64,000 nucleotides of DNA from Candidatus Jacksonbacteria bacterium RIFOXYB2_FULL_44_15 (GCA_001818235.1 MHJY01000005.1:19277-83276); one strand, 5' to 3'; shown: positions 27,624 through 38,132, counted from the stretch's first letter. Notes: a model not told the origin generated them from the sequence alone. Numbers and translations: made by a program.

Positions 27624-28076
27624 ATGTTCGGACGAAGAAAGAAAGAAATGCAAAAATTTTTAAATGAGCATAATATGGAAATTGTGGAAGATCTGGAGCA
27701 GGGGTCTCCTGTGCCTGTTGGCAAAACTACACTCATTTCCCTTTTGGAAAGGGGTGAGGAATCGGTAAATGGCAAGGTTATGTTTGAATGGGCACGCCAA
27801 AAATGCGCTAATGCAGGAGGTATTAGGCAGGCATTTAGAGACAAGAAAGAAATCGCCCATATCTACAATGAGGATAACTATTCCGCGCATATTCTCTATG
27901 AGGATCGCGATTATATCCGGATTTATCCTGCGACGGTTTTACGCGAACGTGGCGACGAGTCTGACGACCGTTATTTTATAACTCTACACATGCCCGCATG
28001 CAAGTGGCAACTGAACATTAAGAGAATCGAACGCAACTGGTTCGACTTCCAATATCGTGCGGTCGGCCGCAAGTAA
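27624..28076 (+). CDS. Hypothetical protein
   Basis: AAGGAGG upstream of ATG 27624 (MFGRRK); followed by a terminator. Confidence 0.7.
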   Translation: MFGRRKKEMQKFLNEHNMEIVEDLEQGSPVPVGKTTLISLLERGEESVNGKVMFEWARQKCANAGGIRQAFRDKKEIAHIYNEDNYSAHILYEDRDYIRIYPATVLRERGDESDDRYFITLHMPACKWQLNIKRIERNWFDFQYRAVGRK

Positions 28077-28099
28077 TTGGGGTTGTAAGTCAAGTTCGC

Positions 28100-28140
28100 A
28101 GTCACGTAGTATTACTTGCATACTACGTGACTCTTTTTTT
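28100..28140 (+). terminator. Intrinsic terminator
   Basis: 13-bp perfect stem agtcacgtagtat/atactacgtgact followed by a T7 run. Confidence 0.85.
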
Positions 28141-28249
28141 AGTCCAACTTCAAACTCCTGACCGCCCTTCCCCCCCGCCCTTTACAGCCGCAGTTAATTC
28201 TGCTAACATAAAGGGTAGTTAATAGGCATTGACCTAATTTATTTATTTT

Positions 28250-28522
28250 ATGGCTCATAAAAAAGCAGGCGGTTCAACTCGATTAGGGCGTGATTCCAAA
28301 CCACAATATTTGGGAGTAAAAATTTATGGTGGGGAGGCGATTAAAGCCGGTAATATAATTGTCAGACAACGTGGAACGAAATTTCATTCAAGCACAAATG
28401 TCGGAATCGGACGCGACGACACTTTATTTGCGACTAAAGATGGAGTTGTTTTATTTAAGACTAGGAAAGTCAAGTGCTTTACCGGAAGTTTAAAAAAGCG
28501 AACTTTTGTCAGTGTTGTTTAA
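28250..28522 (+). CDS. rpmA: 50S ribosomal protein L27
   Basis: MAHKKAGGS...GRDS...IIVRQRG. Confidence 0.98.
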   Translation: MAHKKAGGSTRLGRDSKPQYLGVKIYGGEAIKAGNIIVRQRGTKFHSSTNVGIGRDDTLFATKDGVVLFKTRKVKCFTGSLKKRTFVSVV

Positions 28523-28547
28523 AGAATCCGTCAAAAGGACCGGCATC

Positions 28548-28928
28548 TTAGTTATGTTTTCTTTTTAAATAGGCTTCTAGAATTAACATCGCCGCTAAAT
28601 CGTGGCGGTGTTTTTTTGTTTGCGGCTTGATTGCGCGAATCGCTTCGGAAGTTAATAATTCGTCTTCGCAGTCGATAGGCAGATTAAGGCGCTGGGTCAG
28701 TTCCTGTTTAAACTGTATGAGTTGCTCGTTATTTTTAGTATTTTTTTTGTATAGAGATTCGCCTAAAACGATTTTTTCTACGCCTTCAGTGGAGACAATT
28801 TTTTCCAGGTTTCGCAACAATTGGCGATCATTAGTTAAAACAGAATGGGGAAAGGCGATTGTTTCATTCTGATTTGATACGGCTAAACCGATATTTTTTT
28901 GTCCAAAATCAATGGCTAATATTTTCAC
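28548..28928 (-). CDS. ruvX: YqgF/RuvX-family nuclease
   Basis: ILAIDFG..IGLAVS, DELLTS, AAMLILE. Confidence 0.88.
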   Translation of the reverse strand: MKILAIDFGQKNIGLAVSNQNETIAFPHSVLTNDRQLLRNLEKIVSTEGVEKIVLGESLYKKNTKNNEQLIQFKQELTQRLNLPIDCEDELLTSEAIRAIKPQTKKHRHDLAAMLILEAYLKRKHN

Positions 28929-28933
28929 ATCAG

Positions 28934-29713
28934 TTATTGCGTTAAAATTAAAGTACCTGTTTTGGTTACGGCCACGGTATGTTCAAAGTGCGCTGACCAG
29001 GATTTATCCTGCGTGGCCGCGGCATAACCGTCTCGGCCGCGTTTAACGCGCGCCGAACCGGCGGCGACCATCGGCTCAATTGCCAAGGTCATTCCGTCTT
29101 TTATTTTCGCGCCGCGATTTTTTGGCCGCGTCTCGTCTATAGGGAAGAAGTTCGGCACTGACGGATCTTCGTGCACTTGGCGGCCGACCCCATGGCCGAC
29201 TAAAGAACGAATGACGGAAAAGTTTTGAGCCTCGACGTATTTTTGAATAGCCTCGCCAATGTCTCCAATGCAATTTCCCAATCGGCAACGGCTAATACCA
29301 ATTCGCAACGCTTCGCGTGTTACGTTGATTAGTTTTTGAGCTTCTGGAGATATTTCGCCGCAACCCACGGTAATGGCGGCATCAACACAAAGTCCGCCGT
29401 ACCATATGCCGCAGTCCAATCCGACCAGATCCCCTTTTTGGAAAATTTTGTTTTTTGCGGGCAATCCGTGCACCACTTCTTCGTTAACCGACACGCACAA
29501 CGCTGCCGGATATTTTCCCAAAAAACCGGTTTGATAATTTAAAAAAGCGGCCTTGGCGCCGGTTTTTGTTATTTCTTGATGGGCCGCTAATTCTAAAGTT
29601 TCTGCCGATAATCCCGGCTTAACAAGCGAGCCCAATTTTTTTAAAATGATGGCTAATTTTTGACCCCCTTGTCGCATTATTTCTATCTCGGCCGGAGTTT
29701 TATAAATTATCAT
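28934..29713 (-). CDS. map: Methionine aminopeptidase type I
   Basis: CVSVNEEVVHG, GHGVG..VHEDP, AIEPM, AHFEHT. Confidence 0.97.
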   Translation of the reverse strand: MIIYKTPAEIEIMRQGGQKLAIILKKLGSLVKPGLSAETLELAAHQEITKTGAKAAFLNYQTGFLGKYPAALCVSVNEEVVHGLPAKNKIFQKGDLVGLDCGIWYGGLCVDAAITVGCGEISPEAQKLINVTREALRIGISRCRLGNCIGDIGEAIQKYVEAQNFSVIRSLVGHGVGRQVHEDPSVPNFFPIDETRPKNRGAKIKDGMTLAIEPMVAAGSARVKRGRDGYAAATQDKSWSAHFEHTVAVTKTGTLILTQ

Positions 29714-29739
29714 ATTAAAGGTTATAAGAAGCTTTGCGT

Positions 29740-30402
29740 TTAGCTTGCCTTGTCGTGAATAACTAATTTTTTTTCAATTTCTTGATATACTTGCGGTATT
29801 GGCGGGTTGCCATCAATATCTATGATCTGCACAGCCGGTTGCCTACGGTAGTAATCAATTAATGGTTCAGTCTCTTGGTGGTAAATGGAAAGCCTTTGTT
29901 TGATGGCTTGAGCGGTTTCGTCGGAGCGGCGGAACAGCGGCAATCCATCAACATCGCAAAAACCATTTTTTTGCGGTGGCGCAAAGTGCAGATGGTAGGA
30001 ATGGCCGTTATCGCACATTAAGCGGTCGCTCAGCCTTTTGACTCCTTCTTCATCACTTAGATTTATTACTAATAAAATAGTAATTTGAGAGGTTTTACTT
30101 AAAAATTCAGCTTGGTTTTTGTTTCTGGGATAACCGTCTAAAATAAAACCAGCTTTACAGTCCGGTTTTTCAAGACGTACGGCGATCAATTTATTAGTTA
30201 ATTCATCCGGAACCAGTTCTCCCCGATCTAAATAATGCGTGATATCTTTGGCAAGCCGCGAATCATCATTTTGTATTTTACGCAAAATCGCCCCCATCGA
30301 GATATGGGGAATATGGAGTGACTTAGATATTAATTGCGCTTGAGTGCCTTTGCCCGAACCTTGGGGGCCAAATATTAATAAGCGCGGTTTAGATGCCTTC
30401 AT
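29740..30402 (-). CDS. adk: Adenylate kinase
   Basis: GPQGSGKGTQA, LDGYPR. Confidence 0.97.
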   Translation of the reverse strand: MKASKPRLLIFGPQGSGKGTQAQLISKSLHIPHISMGAILRKIQNDDSRLAKDITHYLDRGELVPDELTNKLIAVRLEKPDCKAGFILDGYPRNKNQAEFLSKTSQITILLVINLSDEEGVKRLSDRLMCDNGHSYHLHFAPPQKNGFCDVDGLPLFRRSDETAQAIKQRLSIYHQETEPLIDYYRRQPAVQIIDIDGNPPIPQVYQEIEKKLVIHDKAS

Positions 30403-31678
30403 AGTGGCGCATGATTAATTGGGAGTCGATTTGCTTGACGATTTCAATAACGACGCCAACTACGATAATCATGGATGCTCCACCGATCACTAAACTAAAG
30501 CCACCGGCTTTTTGCATCATCAGTGGTAAGAGAGCGATAATTCCTAAAAATAAAGCGCCAGCCAGAACAATTCGATTCATGGTGTGATTAAGATATTCCG
30601 CAGTTTCCCGTCCGGGCCGGATTCCGGGTATAAAACCGCCTTGCTTTTGCACGTTTTCGGCAATTTGTGTGGGTTGAAATATCACTGCGGTATAAAAATA
30701 TGTAAAGCCAACGACTAGGAGAAAGTAGACAATGCCGTAAAATGCTTGGTTTTTAAATAGTTCAACTGTAAATTGTGCGGCTGACGCGAGCCACGCAGAC
30801 TTGGCGCCGACTAAGAATTGCGCTAAAACCGTTGGAAATAGAATGACCGCAATCGCAAAAATAATTGGGATCATGCCGGATGGATTTACCCGAAGCGGTA
30901 ACATTGTTTTGGAACCGCCGTAAATGCGGGAACCCACTACTTGTCTGGCATAAGAGATAGGTATTTGCCTTTGTCCTTCGGTGATAAAAATTACCGCGGC
31001 AATTGTTATGAGCGCGATCAGTACAAAAAAAATGTACTGAGTGATGGCCCCGGGATTTGTCGTTAAGTCGGTCCATGCCTGAATTACTGATTGCGGCAAC
31101 TCTGCGACTATGCCGGCAAAAATTAATATTGATATGCCGTTGCCTAATTTACGTTCAGAAATTAACTCTCCTAGCCACATTAAAAAAATTGTTCCGGCAG
31201 TCACGCTCAGGATCGCCACTACCAATTGAAGGGAATTTTGCTGTTGCAGAATATTTACGCTGCCACCTCCGCTTTTAGATAAGAAAACAATGGTGGCATA
31301 AGCTTGGATAATAGCGAGTGGCACGGTTGCGTAACGTGTCCACTGGTTAATTTTTTGTCGTCCGCGTTCTCCTTCTTTCGAAAGCTCCTCAATTTTGGGA
31401 ACGACCATAGTGAGCAGTTGAAAAATAATCGAAGAAGTGATGTATGGGCCCAGTCCTAGCATAACGATGGAAAAATTTCGCAATCCCCCGCCGGTAAAGA
31501 TATTTAAAAGTCCTAAAATTTGATTGCCGGCCAGATAATTTTTTAGAGCGGCGAGGTCAACGCCCGGAACAGGTATATGAGCTAAAACGCGAAATACAAG
31601 CAAAAGCGCTAAAATAAAAATTACATCCCTGCGGAGGTCTTTTGCTTGCCATAGTTGTTTTAGTTTATTTAACTGCAT
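30389..31678 (-). CDS. secY: Preprotein translocase SecY
   Basis: HIPVPG, LGPYITSSII, GNGIS, IPGIRPG. Confidence 0.98.
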   Translation of the reverse strand: MQLNKLKQLWQAKDLRRDVIFILALLLVFRVLAHIPVPGVDLAALKNYLAGNQILGLLNIFTGGGLRNFSIVMLGLGPYITSSIIFQLLTMVVPKIEELSKEGERGRQKINQWTRYATVPLAIIQAYATIVFLSKSGGGSVNILQQQNSLQLVVAILSVTAGTIFLMWLGELISERKLGNGISILIFAGIVAELPQSVIQAWTDLTTNPGAITQYIFFVLIALITIAAVIFITEGQRQIPISYARQVVGSRIYGGSKTMLPLRVNPSGMIPIIFAIAVILFPTVLAQFLVGAKSAWLASAAQFTVELFKNQAFYGIVYFLLVVGFTYFYTAVIFQPTQIAENVQKQGGFIPGIRPGRETAEYLNHTMNRIVLAGALFLGIIALLPLMMQKAGGFSLVIGGASMIIVVGVVIEIVKQIDSQLIMRHYEGI

Positions 31679-31686
31679 TGGGCTAA

Positions 31687-32130
31687 CTAATTGGTCAGTG
31701 AGCCACCAAGAGCCTTAATTTTTTCTGCGGCTCCTGCGGAGGTGGGAATATTTTTGATCGTCAATTTTTTTGTTAAAGTTCCGCCGTCGACAATCTTAGC
31801 ACTATGTTCGCGTTTGGTCAGTATTTTTTTTTCGATGAGCGTCTCTATGGTCACCAATTCTCCAATAGCATAGTTTTTTTCCAATAAACCCAATGTTAAT
31901 GTCAGGGGTCGTTTTTTTAATGATTTAAAACCGCCCAGTTTAGGTATTTTTTTTAGCAATTGGCGCATTGCCGATCGCCTTAAAAGCCCGCTGGCCCCGC
32001 CTGAGCGCGAGCGCTGCCCTTTAGAACCGCGTCCGGAAAAAGTACCCCGGCCGCTAGCATTGCCTCGCCCGACACGTTTACGGGGTTTAATTTTTTTTAG
32101 GGTCTGTAAATTGTGTAAACCGCTGGTCAT
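31687..32130 (-). CDS. rplO: 50S ribosomal protein L15
   Basis: RVGRG..SG.G..SGRG.KGQ. Confidence 0.97.
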   Translation of the reverse strand: MTSGLHNLQTLKKIKPRKRVGRGNASGRGTFSGRGSKGQRSRSGGASGLLRRSAMRQLLKKIPKLGGFKSLKKRPLTLTLGLLEKNYAIGELVTIETLIEKKILTKREHSAKIVDGGTLTKKLTIKNIPTSAGAAEKIKALGGSLTN

Positions 32131-32139
32131 AATTATTTA

Positions 32140-32619
32140 TTAATGTTTAAATTCAGAAAAGGCGTTGATTAACGCTTGTGAATTGCAAATTTTATTATTA
32201 GAGCCTAAAATTTTAGCCGAAATGTTTTCTATTCCAACTAAATCGCATAAAGTGCGAATTACACCGCCTGCTTTAAGGCCGGTTCCGGCCGGAGCGGGTT
32301 TTAACAGAATTAGACTAGCTTTATATTTAGTAGTTACGTTGTGCGGGATGCTTTTGTCCTCGGTAATTTTTATTTGGATGACATTTTTCCGAGCACGGCG
32401 AGTGGCTTTTTCGACGGCCATGGAAACATCGGCGCCTTTAGCAATGCCGATGCCGATTGTGCCTTTTTTATTTCCCAACCCGACTGTAACGCGAAACCTC
32501 AGTCTTTTGCCTCCGCGCTGAACGCGCGTTACTCTGGCCAAGTCCAATATTACCGACTGAAAATCATCATCCGGTCGAGGTGGTGCATTGTTTCTATTTG
32601 TTTTTTTCGAGTATATCAT
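32140..32619 (-). CDS. rpsE: 30S ribosomal protein S5
   Basis: RVTRVQRGGK, PAPAGTG. Confidence 0.97.
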   Translation of the reverse strand: MIYSKKTNRNNAPPRPDDDFQSVILDLARVTRVQRGGKRLRFRVTVGLGNKKGTIGIGIAKGADVSMAVEKATRRARKNVIQIKITEDKSIPHNVTTKYKASLILLKPAPAGTGLKAGGVIRTLCDLVGIENISAKILGSNNKICNSQALINAFSEFKH

Positions 32620-32640
32620 ATAAAAAATTGCGGATTAGTT

Positions 32641-32976
32641 TTAAAAATTCAAACCCCCGTCTCTCAAGCCTTCAGCTAAAGCTTTAATTCGGCCATGATA
32701 CTTGTACCCGCCTCGATCGAAAACTATTTGTTTAATGTTTTTGCCTTGAGCCGCTTGCGCAATAAACTTGCCCAGCTGTTTTGCCTGGTCAATTTTATTG
32801 GAATATTTTTTAAGCTGTTTGTGGCTCCCGGCAAGCAGTGTTTTTTTTTGTTGATCGTCAATAAGCTGAACCCATAATCCAATCAAACTTCGATAAACCG
32901 AAAGCCTAGGCCGTTCAGCGGTGCCCTTAATTTTATATCTAATGCGGTTATGTCTAAACTGTCTATCCATAATCAT
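32641..32976 (-). CDS. rplR: 50S ribosomal protein L18
   Basis: RPRLSVYRS, FDRGGYKYHGR. Confidence 0.97.
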   Translation of the reverse strand: MIMDRQFRHNRIRYKIKGTAERPRLSVYRSLIGLWVQLIDDQQKKTLLAGSHKQLKKYSNKIDQAKQLGKFIAQAAQGKNIKQIVFDRGGYKYHGRIKALAEGLRDGGLNF

Positions 32977-32990
32977 TGTTGCTAGGCTAA

Positions 32991-33542
32991 TTAACGAGAC
33001 GCCGTTGCCGCTTGTTTGCCAGCCTTGCGACGAATCACTTCGCCTGCGTAGCTAATGCCTTTACCTTTATAAGGCTCTGGTTTGCGGTATGAACGGATTT
33101 TAGCGGCGGCTTGCCCAACGACTTGCTTGTCAATGCCAGAGATAACAATTACATTATTACCTTCAGTTTTTATTTCTAAATCATCGGGAATTAAAAAATC
33201 TATTTTGTGTGAATATCCCAACTCCAATACTAATTTTTTGCCCTCAATATTGGCGCGATATCCAACACCCGTGATATTCAGGCGTCTCGAAAAGCCGTCG
33301 GTTACGCCTTTGATATTGTTAACGATTAATCTTTGGATTGTCCCCCACAAGGCGTTTAATGATTTAACTTCCGGATTAGACACCCGAACCGTTAAGATGT
33401 TTTTTTCTCTGCCAATACTAACCGATGCCGGTATAATTAACTGTAATGTGCCCTTGGGTCCTTTGACGGTGACTAAATTAGGTTCCAATTTAAGATCAAC
33501 GTTTTCTGGGATATTAATTTCTTGTTTGCCGATTCTGCTCAT
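32991..33542 (-). CDS. rplF: 50S ribosomal protein L6
   Basis: MSRIGK, PEPYKGKG. Confidence 0.98.
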   Translation of the reverse strand: MSRIGKQEINIPENVDLKLEPNLVTVKGPKGTLQLIIPASVSIGREKNILTVRVSNPEVKSLNALWGTIQRLIVNNIKGVTDGFSRRLNITGVGYRANIEGKKLVLELGYSHKIDFLIPDDLEIKTEGNNVIVISGIDKQVVGQAAAKIRSYRKPEPYKGKGISYAGEVIRRKAGKQAATASR

Positions 33543-33545
33543 ATT

Positions 33546-33935
33546 TTAATAAATTTCACAGATGATTTCTCCGCCAACTTTTGCACGGCGGGCTTCCTTG
33601 TTCGTAATCAGTCCTCGGTCAGTGGAAATAACTGCGATTCCTAAATTATTTAATACTTTTGGTAACGTATTTGCCGAACAGTAAAGCCTACGGCCCGGTT
33701 TGCTGATTTTTTTTATGTGTTTGATCCGCGGCCGACCGTTTTTATCATAAGCCAATTGGACCGTAATGCTACGCTCTTGGCTGTTTATTGTAAAATTTTT
33801 AAGATAATCATAATTTTTCAGTAAAGTTAAAACAGCTATGCTTAATTTAGATAGCGGCACTTCTACTTCAGCTTTTTTGACAGCCAAAGAGTTTTGTATT
33901 CGATTTAACATATCAGCGATTGGATCGGAATGCAT
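33546..33935 (-). CDS. rpsH: 30S ribosomal protein S8
   Basis: DPIADML, SKPGRRLY, GGEI. Confidence 0.98.
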   Translation of the reverse strand: MHSDPIADMLNRIQNSLAVKKAEVEVPLSKLSIAVLTLLKNYDYLKNFTINSQERSITVQLAYDKNGRPRIKHIKKISKPGRRLYCSANTLPKVLNNLGIAVISTDRGLITNKEARRAKVGGEIICEIY

Positions 33936-33971
33936 AAGTTGTGTGATACTTAGTTAAAAGTCCTAAAAATT

Positions 33972-34157
33972 CTACCAAGAAGATTTACGTACTCCCGGTA
34001 AATTACCTTTTTCGGCCATTTCGCGTACGCAAATTCGGCACATCTGAAAATATCTTAAATACCCACGATTTCGACCGCAACGCCAACACCGATTAACAAC
34101 ACGAGTCGAGAATTTTGGTTTTCTTTTTGATTTTGCAACTTTCGATTTTTTGGCCAT
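33972..34157 (-). CDS. rpsN: 30S ribosomal protein S14, zinc-binding type
   Basis: RCWRCGR...CRIC...KSSW. Confidence 0.97.
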   Translation of the reverse strand: MAKKSKVAKSKRKPKFSTRVVNRCWRCGRNRGYLRYFQMCRICVREMAEKGNLPGVRKSSW

Positions 34158-34160
34158 AAA

Positions 34161-34772
34161 TTATTTAGGTGTTTTTTTGTTTTTTTTGTTTCCAGTCCGT
34201 TTTTTGGTTGATTCCGGGCCTGTTTTGAAAGGAAATTTCAGCAATTGGAATAAGGCCATTCCTTCGTCTCGTGATTTCGCATTAGAAACAATCGAAATTT
34301 CCAGTCCATGGATTGTACTTGATTTTTCCGGGTTGATTTCCGAAAAAACTGTATTTTCTTTAAAACCTAAAGTTAAATTTCCTCGAGAATCGATGGAACT
34401 TTTTTCCAATCCTTGAAAGTCGCGCACGCGAGGTAAAACGCTGTCGATTATTTTACTTACTAAATCATACATTCTTTTACCGCGCAAAGTAACTTTAGCG
34501 CCCACCACTAAACCTTCTCGTATACCGAATCCGGCAATGGACAGTTTTGATTTAGTTAAAACTGGTTTTTGGCCGGTTATCACCATTAGATTTTCGACAA
34601 TATTTTGTTGAAACTGTTTATCTTTTTGACTCGCGCTTAATCCAACATTAACCACAGCTTTAATAAGTTTGGGTGTAGCCAATGCATTTTTGTAGCCAAA
34701 TTTGTCTTTTAGCTGAGGAACTATGTTGTTTAAGTAAAATTCCTTTAGAATCATATTTTGTTTAAGCTTCAA
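34161..34772 (-). CDS. rplE: 50S ribosomal protein L5
   Basis: ITGQKP, LPRVRDFQG; start may be 34754. Confidence 0.97.
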   Translation of the reverse strand: MKLKQNMILKEFYLNNIVPQLKDKFGYKNALATPKLIKAVVNVGLSASQKDKQFQQNIVENLMVITGQKPVLTKSKLSIAGFGIREGLVVGAKVTLRGKRMYDLVSKIIDSVLPRVRDFQGLEKSSIDSRGNLTLGFKENTVFSEINPEKSSTIHGLEISIVSNAKSRDEGMALFQLLKFPFKTGPESTKKRTGNKKNKKTPK

Positions 34773-35076
34773 TCAGCTCTTGACATTTTTTACATTGCCG
34801 AATTTTTTTATTATCGGCAATTTTTTTAAATCCAACACGAGTATTTTTCCCGCATTTCGGACAGACTAGCGCCAGATTGGATAGATGCACCGGGGCGGGA
34901 AAATTAATCCGTTGGCCTTTTTCGCCTCCCCGACGCGATTTTAAATTTTTTGTCCGCAGGTTAATACCCTCAACGCTAGCTCGATCAATTTTAGGCAACA
35001 CTTGCAATACTTTGCCGGTTTTTCCGCGGCTGGCGCCAGCTAATATTCTTACCGTATCATTAGTTTTTATTTTCAT
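34762..35076 (-). CDS. rplX: 50S ribosomal protein L24
   Basis: KOW motif, VEGIN, HLSNL; start set at MKIK. Confidence 0.95.
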   Translation of the reverse strand: MKIKTNDTVRILAGASRGKTGKVLQVLPKIDRASVEGINLRTKNLKSRRGGEKGQRINFPAPVHLSNLALVCPKCGKNTRVGFKKIADNKKIRQCKKCQELIEA

Positions 35077-35139
35077 TTTGATAAAAGAACAAACGTCGCT
35101 TCCTGGCATTAATCAATCGCGCTCGCTTGCCCTTAGCAT

Positions 35140-35511
35140 TTATAATACTTCCGGAGCAAGAGAAATTATTTTTTTGTAACCTAAATCGCGCAGTTCTCGA
35201 GGAATAGGACCGAATATCCGGCTACCCTTTGGTTCTTTGGTTTTCCTGTCTATAATTACGCCTGCATTTTCACTGAATCGTAAACATATACCGGACGGCC
35301 GTTTCATTTCTTTTCTGGTTCTGACGATAACGCAGTGGACGACTTCGCCTTTCTTGACGAGCGATCGCGGCAGGGCTTCTTTTATTGAGCAAGTAACAAT
35401 ATCGCCGATTCGCGCGTACCTTTTCTTATATCCGCCCAATACCTTAAAAACAGCGATTCTTTTAGCGCCCGAATTGTCAGCCGATTTGATTATGGAACGT
35501 GCTTGTAACAT
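35140..35511 (-). CDS. rplN: 50S ribosomal protein L14
   Basis: [19 protein letters not shown]. Confidence 0.98.
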   Translation of the reverse strand: MLQARSIIKSADNSGAKRIAVFKVLGGYKKRYARIGDIVTCSIKEALPRSLVKKGEVVHCVIVRTRKEMKRPSGICLRFSENAGVIIDRKTKEPKGSRIFGPIPRELRDLGYKKIISLAPEVL

Positions 35512-35539
35512 AGTAATGCAGATCGATGATTGTTAAATC

Positions 35540-35797
35540 CTAACTTACTGCTTTCACTTTTTTTACCACCGACCATTTTTTATCTTTTGACATTGGTCGG
35601 CAGGCTTCAATCATAACTTGCTCGCCTATTCGGCAGGAATTGGTTTCGTCATGTGCCTTGTATTTCGCGGAAACTGCAAAAATTTTATGATATTTAGAAT
35701 GTTTCTTTACGCGGCTCACTTCTATTACCACAGTTTTATTCATTTTGTTGGAAGTGACGACACCCTTTAGTTGTCGACAATAAGTTTGCTTTTTCAT
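35540..35797 (-). CDS. rpsQ: 30S ribosomal protein S17
   Basis: [19 protein letters not shown]. Confidence 0.97.
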   Translation of the reverse strand: MKKQTYCRQLKGVVTSNKMNKTVVIEVSRVKKHSKYHKIFAVSAKYKAHDETNSCRIGEQVMIEACRPMSKDKKWSVVKKVKAVS

Positions 35798-35810
35798 GGT
35801 TCTAATAATT

Positions 35811-36008
35811 TTAATTTGATAAAATACCGAGAATTTGGGCGATCGCTATTTTAGTCACCCTAATTTTTCGGATATCTTTTAATTGCCGTTGTCCGGCTTT
35901 AAACCGCATTTTGCGTAATTCCTCTTTCTGTTCATTAAGCAGAAGGTGCAAGTCGCTGGGAGTCATCTTTTTAAGTGCTGTCATTTCCATACTTGGTATA
36001 TTTGACAA
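35811..36008 (-). CDS. rpmC: 50S ribosomal protein L29 (start uncertain, possibly 35990)
   Basis: Position between rplP and rpsQ; EELRKMRF...IAQI. Confidence 0.85.
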   Translation of the reverse strand: MSNIPSMEMTALKKMTPSDLHLLLNEQKEELRKMRFKAGQRQLKDIRKIRVTKIAIAQILGILSN

Positions 36009-36079
36009 TTAATTTTTGGCCCTGATAATTTTGATAATAAATGGATTGTATTATCCAGCCAAGTATCAAATGTCAAATA

Positions 36080-36502
36080 TTAATAGGTGATTTTAGAAAC
36101 GAACTTAGTTCTAACCGGCAATTTTGCTCCGCCAAGACGTGCAGCTTCTTCGGCCAGTTTTTTAGTTACGCCGTCAATTTCCAGAATAATCGTGCCTGGC
36201 TTAACATTCGTAACAAATCGATCAATATTCCCCTTGCCGCCTCCCATTGGAATTTCGTTGCCTTTTGCCGTGACTGGTTTGTCTGGGAAAATGCGTAGCC
36301 AAATTTTGCCGCCTTTTTGAAGGGATCTTCGAACGGCGCGACGGGTGGCCTCGATTTGCCGAGAATTTACCCAGCTTTCAGTCGTTGCTTTTAAGCCAAA
36401 ATTACCAAATGCCAGACTATTGGTACGAGTCGCGACTTTCCCACCGCTCATTCCAGAGTGTCGATGCCATTTTCGATGTTTTAACTTTTTTGGAAGTAAC
36501 AT
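36080..36502 (-). CDS. rplP: 50S ribosomal protein L16
   Basis: MLLPK, QIEA, RIFPDKP, MGGGKG. Confidence 0.98.
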   Translation of the reverse strand: MLLPKKLKHRKWHRHSGMSGGKVATRTNSLAFGNFGLKATTESWVNSRQIEATRRAVRRSLQKGGKIWLRIFPDKPVTAKGNEIPMGGGKGNIDRFVTNVKPGTIILEIDGVTKKLAEEAARLGGAKLPVRTKFVSKITY

Positions 36503-36512
36503 ATCCTTTTAT

Positions 36513-37184
36513 TTAAACCGCGGTTTCGTCTTTATCGAACACTTGACCTTTGTAAACCCAAACCTTAATTCCAATGGCGCCCCATTTAGTATGTGCCGCC
36601 AATCTAGCATAATCAATATTAGCTCTCAAATTCTGAAGAGGCATTTGCCCGGTCGACGCTTTTTCGTCTCGAGCAATTTCCGCTCCGTTTAAACGTCCAG
36701 CCACCGTGATTTTAACTCCGTCAGCACCGTCTTTTTTCGCTAAAGCCACAATATTTTTCATCACTTTTCTAAAAGGCATTCTTTTTTCGATGAGTCTCCG
36801 GGCTTCCTGAGCCAATACCTCGGAGCACAAATTTGGTTTGGGTATTTCTTTGATCGTTAATTTTAACTTGTGCTCGCGATCAATCACTTTAATCAATTGT
36901 TTTTTCAATTTATCGCTTTTTTCGCCGCCGCGACCGATTATCACTCCCGGTTTAGCCACTTTAATAATAACTTCGACAACATTTTTTCCTGACCGCTCAA
37001 TCGATATTTTATCTAAGCCGACATCACCGACGTTTGCTTTCACCAGCCGTCTAATCCGTTCGTCTTCTTGAAGATATTTGGCAAAGTTGGCGCCGCCGCG
37101 AACAATCCAACGCGAATTCCAGGTAATAGCGGAATTTTTAATGTTGGAAATTCGTAATATGATTGGATTTACTTTTTTACCCAT
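36513..37184 (-). CDS. rpsC: 30S ribosomal protein S3
   Basis: MGKKVNP, KPGVIIGR, GRLNGAEIAR. Confidence 0.98.
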   Translation of the reverse strand: MGKKVNPIILRISNIKNSAITWNSRWIVRGGANFAKYLQEDERIRRLVKANVGDVGLDKISIERSGKNVVEVIIKVAKPGVIIGRGGEKSDKLKKQLIKVIDREHKLKLTIKEIPKPNLCSEVLAQEARRLIEKRMPFRKVMKNIVALAKKDGADGVKITVAGRLNGAEIARDEKASTGQMPLQNLRANIDYARLAAHTKWGAIGIKVWVYKGQVFDKDETAV

Positions 37185-37209
37185 AGAATATCATTAAGCA
37201 CTTATCTGA

Positions 37210-37758
37210 TTAGCCGGCTTTGCGATTAAAAATTTTTGGCACAAACCCTTTTTTGGTTGCTTGATGTTTTTTTATTTCTTGATTGCCCGTTTTTTCGTCG
37301 CGAATTGCGCTTTTCTGCTCTTTTTTTAAATCCGTTAAACTCCGTACGGTTTTTATATTCTTTTTATTATCGGCAATCTTTTTTTTGTTGCGACTGGTTC
37401 GCTGATTGGATTTTTTTAAATTGACATTTTTTTCATCAAGAATAACAGTAACATGACTAGTTCTTTTTCTGATTGGGGCCGCTCGTCCAAAAGCCCGTGC
37501 GCGCGATCGTTTTAAGGTCGGCCCGCCATCAACAGTAATTATTTTAATAAATAAGTTATCGCGTTTTAAAGAATAGTTATGGATAGCGTTAGCGACAGCG
37601 GATTGAATCAATTTCGTTAAGGGCAGAGCGACGCGCTTGCCGCTAAATTTAAGCTGCCGAAGCGCGGTTTCGGTATCCAATCCACGAACCAGTTTGGCCA
37701 CTAGACCTACCTTTCTTGGCGCTTGGCGATAATTATTTAATTTAGCGATTACTTCCAT
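37210..37758 (-). CDS. rplV: 50S ribosomal protein L22 with basic C-terminal extension
   Basis: PRKV, SAVANA, RAFGRA..IRKRTSH, then about 70 K-rich aa. Confidence 0.97.
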   Translation of the reverse strand: MEVIAKLNNYRQAPRKVGLVAKLVRGLDTETALRQLKFSGKRVALPLTKLIQSAVANAIHNYSLKRDNLFIKIITVDGGPTLKRSRARAFGRAAPIRKRTSHVTVILDEKNVNLKKSNQRTSRNKKKIADNKKNIKTVRSLTDLKKEQKSAIRDEKTGNQEIKKHQATKKGFVPKIFNRKAG

Positions 37759-37770
37759 AAATTATAAGGA

Positions 37771-38112
37771 TTATTTTGGCACTTGCGATTCGGCAGTGGC
37801 GGCTTTTTTAGTCGCGGCGGCGGCCGTAGCTACTTTTTGTTCCATGTCTTTTTGCATCCGACCGCCATGTCTGACAAATTTGCGAGTCGGTGAAAATTCT
37901 CCGAGCTTATGCCCGACCATATCCTCGGCAACAAAAACAGGTACATGCACTTTTCCATTATGCACGCCAATAGTGTAACCTATCATATCAGGAGTAATTA
38001 GGCAAGCGCGATCCCATGTTTTAAGCGCGGTTTTTGAATCTTTCTTAACGACCGCCAATTTTTTTAGCAGTTTTTTGTTAAGGTAAGGTCCTTTTTTAAG
38101 TGATCTTGACAT
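37771..38112 (-). CDS. rpsS: 30S ribosomal protein S19
   Basis: [19 protein letters not shown]. Confidence 0.98.
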   Translation of the reverse strand: MSRSLKKGPYLNKKLLKKLAVVKKDSKTALKTWDRACLITPDMIGYTIGVHNGKVHVPVFVAEDMVGHKLGEFSPTRKFVRHGGRMQKDMEQKVATAAAATKKAATAESQVPK

Positions 38113-38132
38113 AAGTGTTGGCGATTTTAGCT

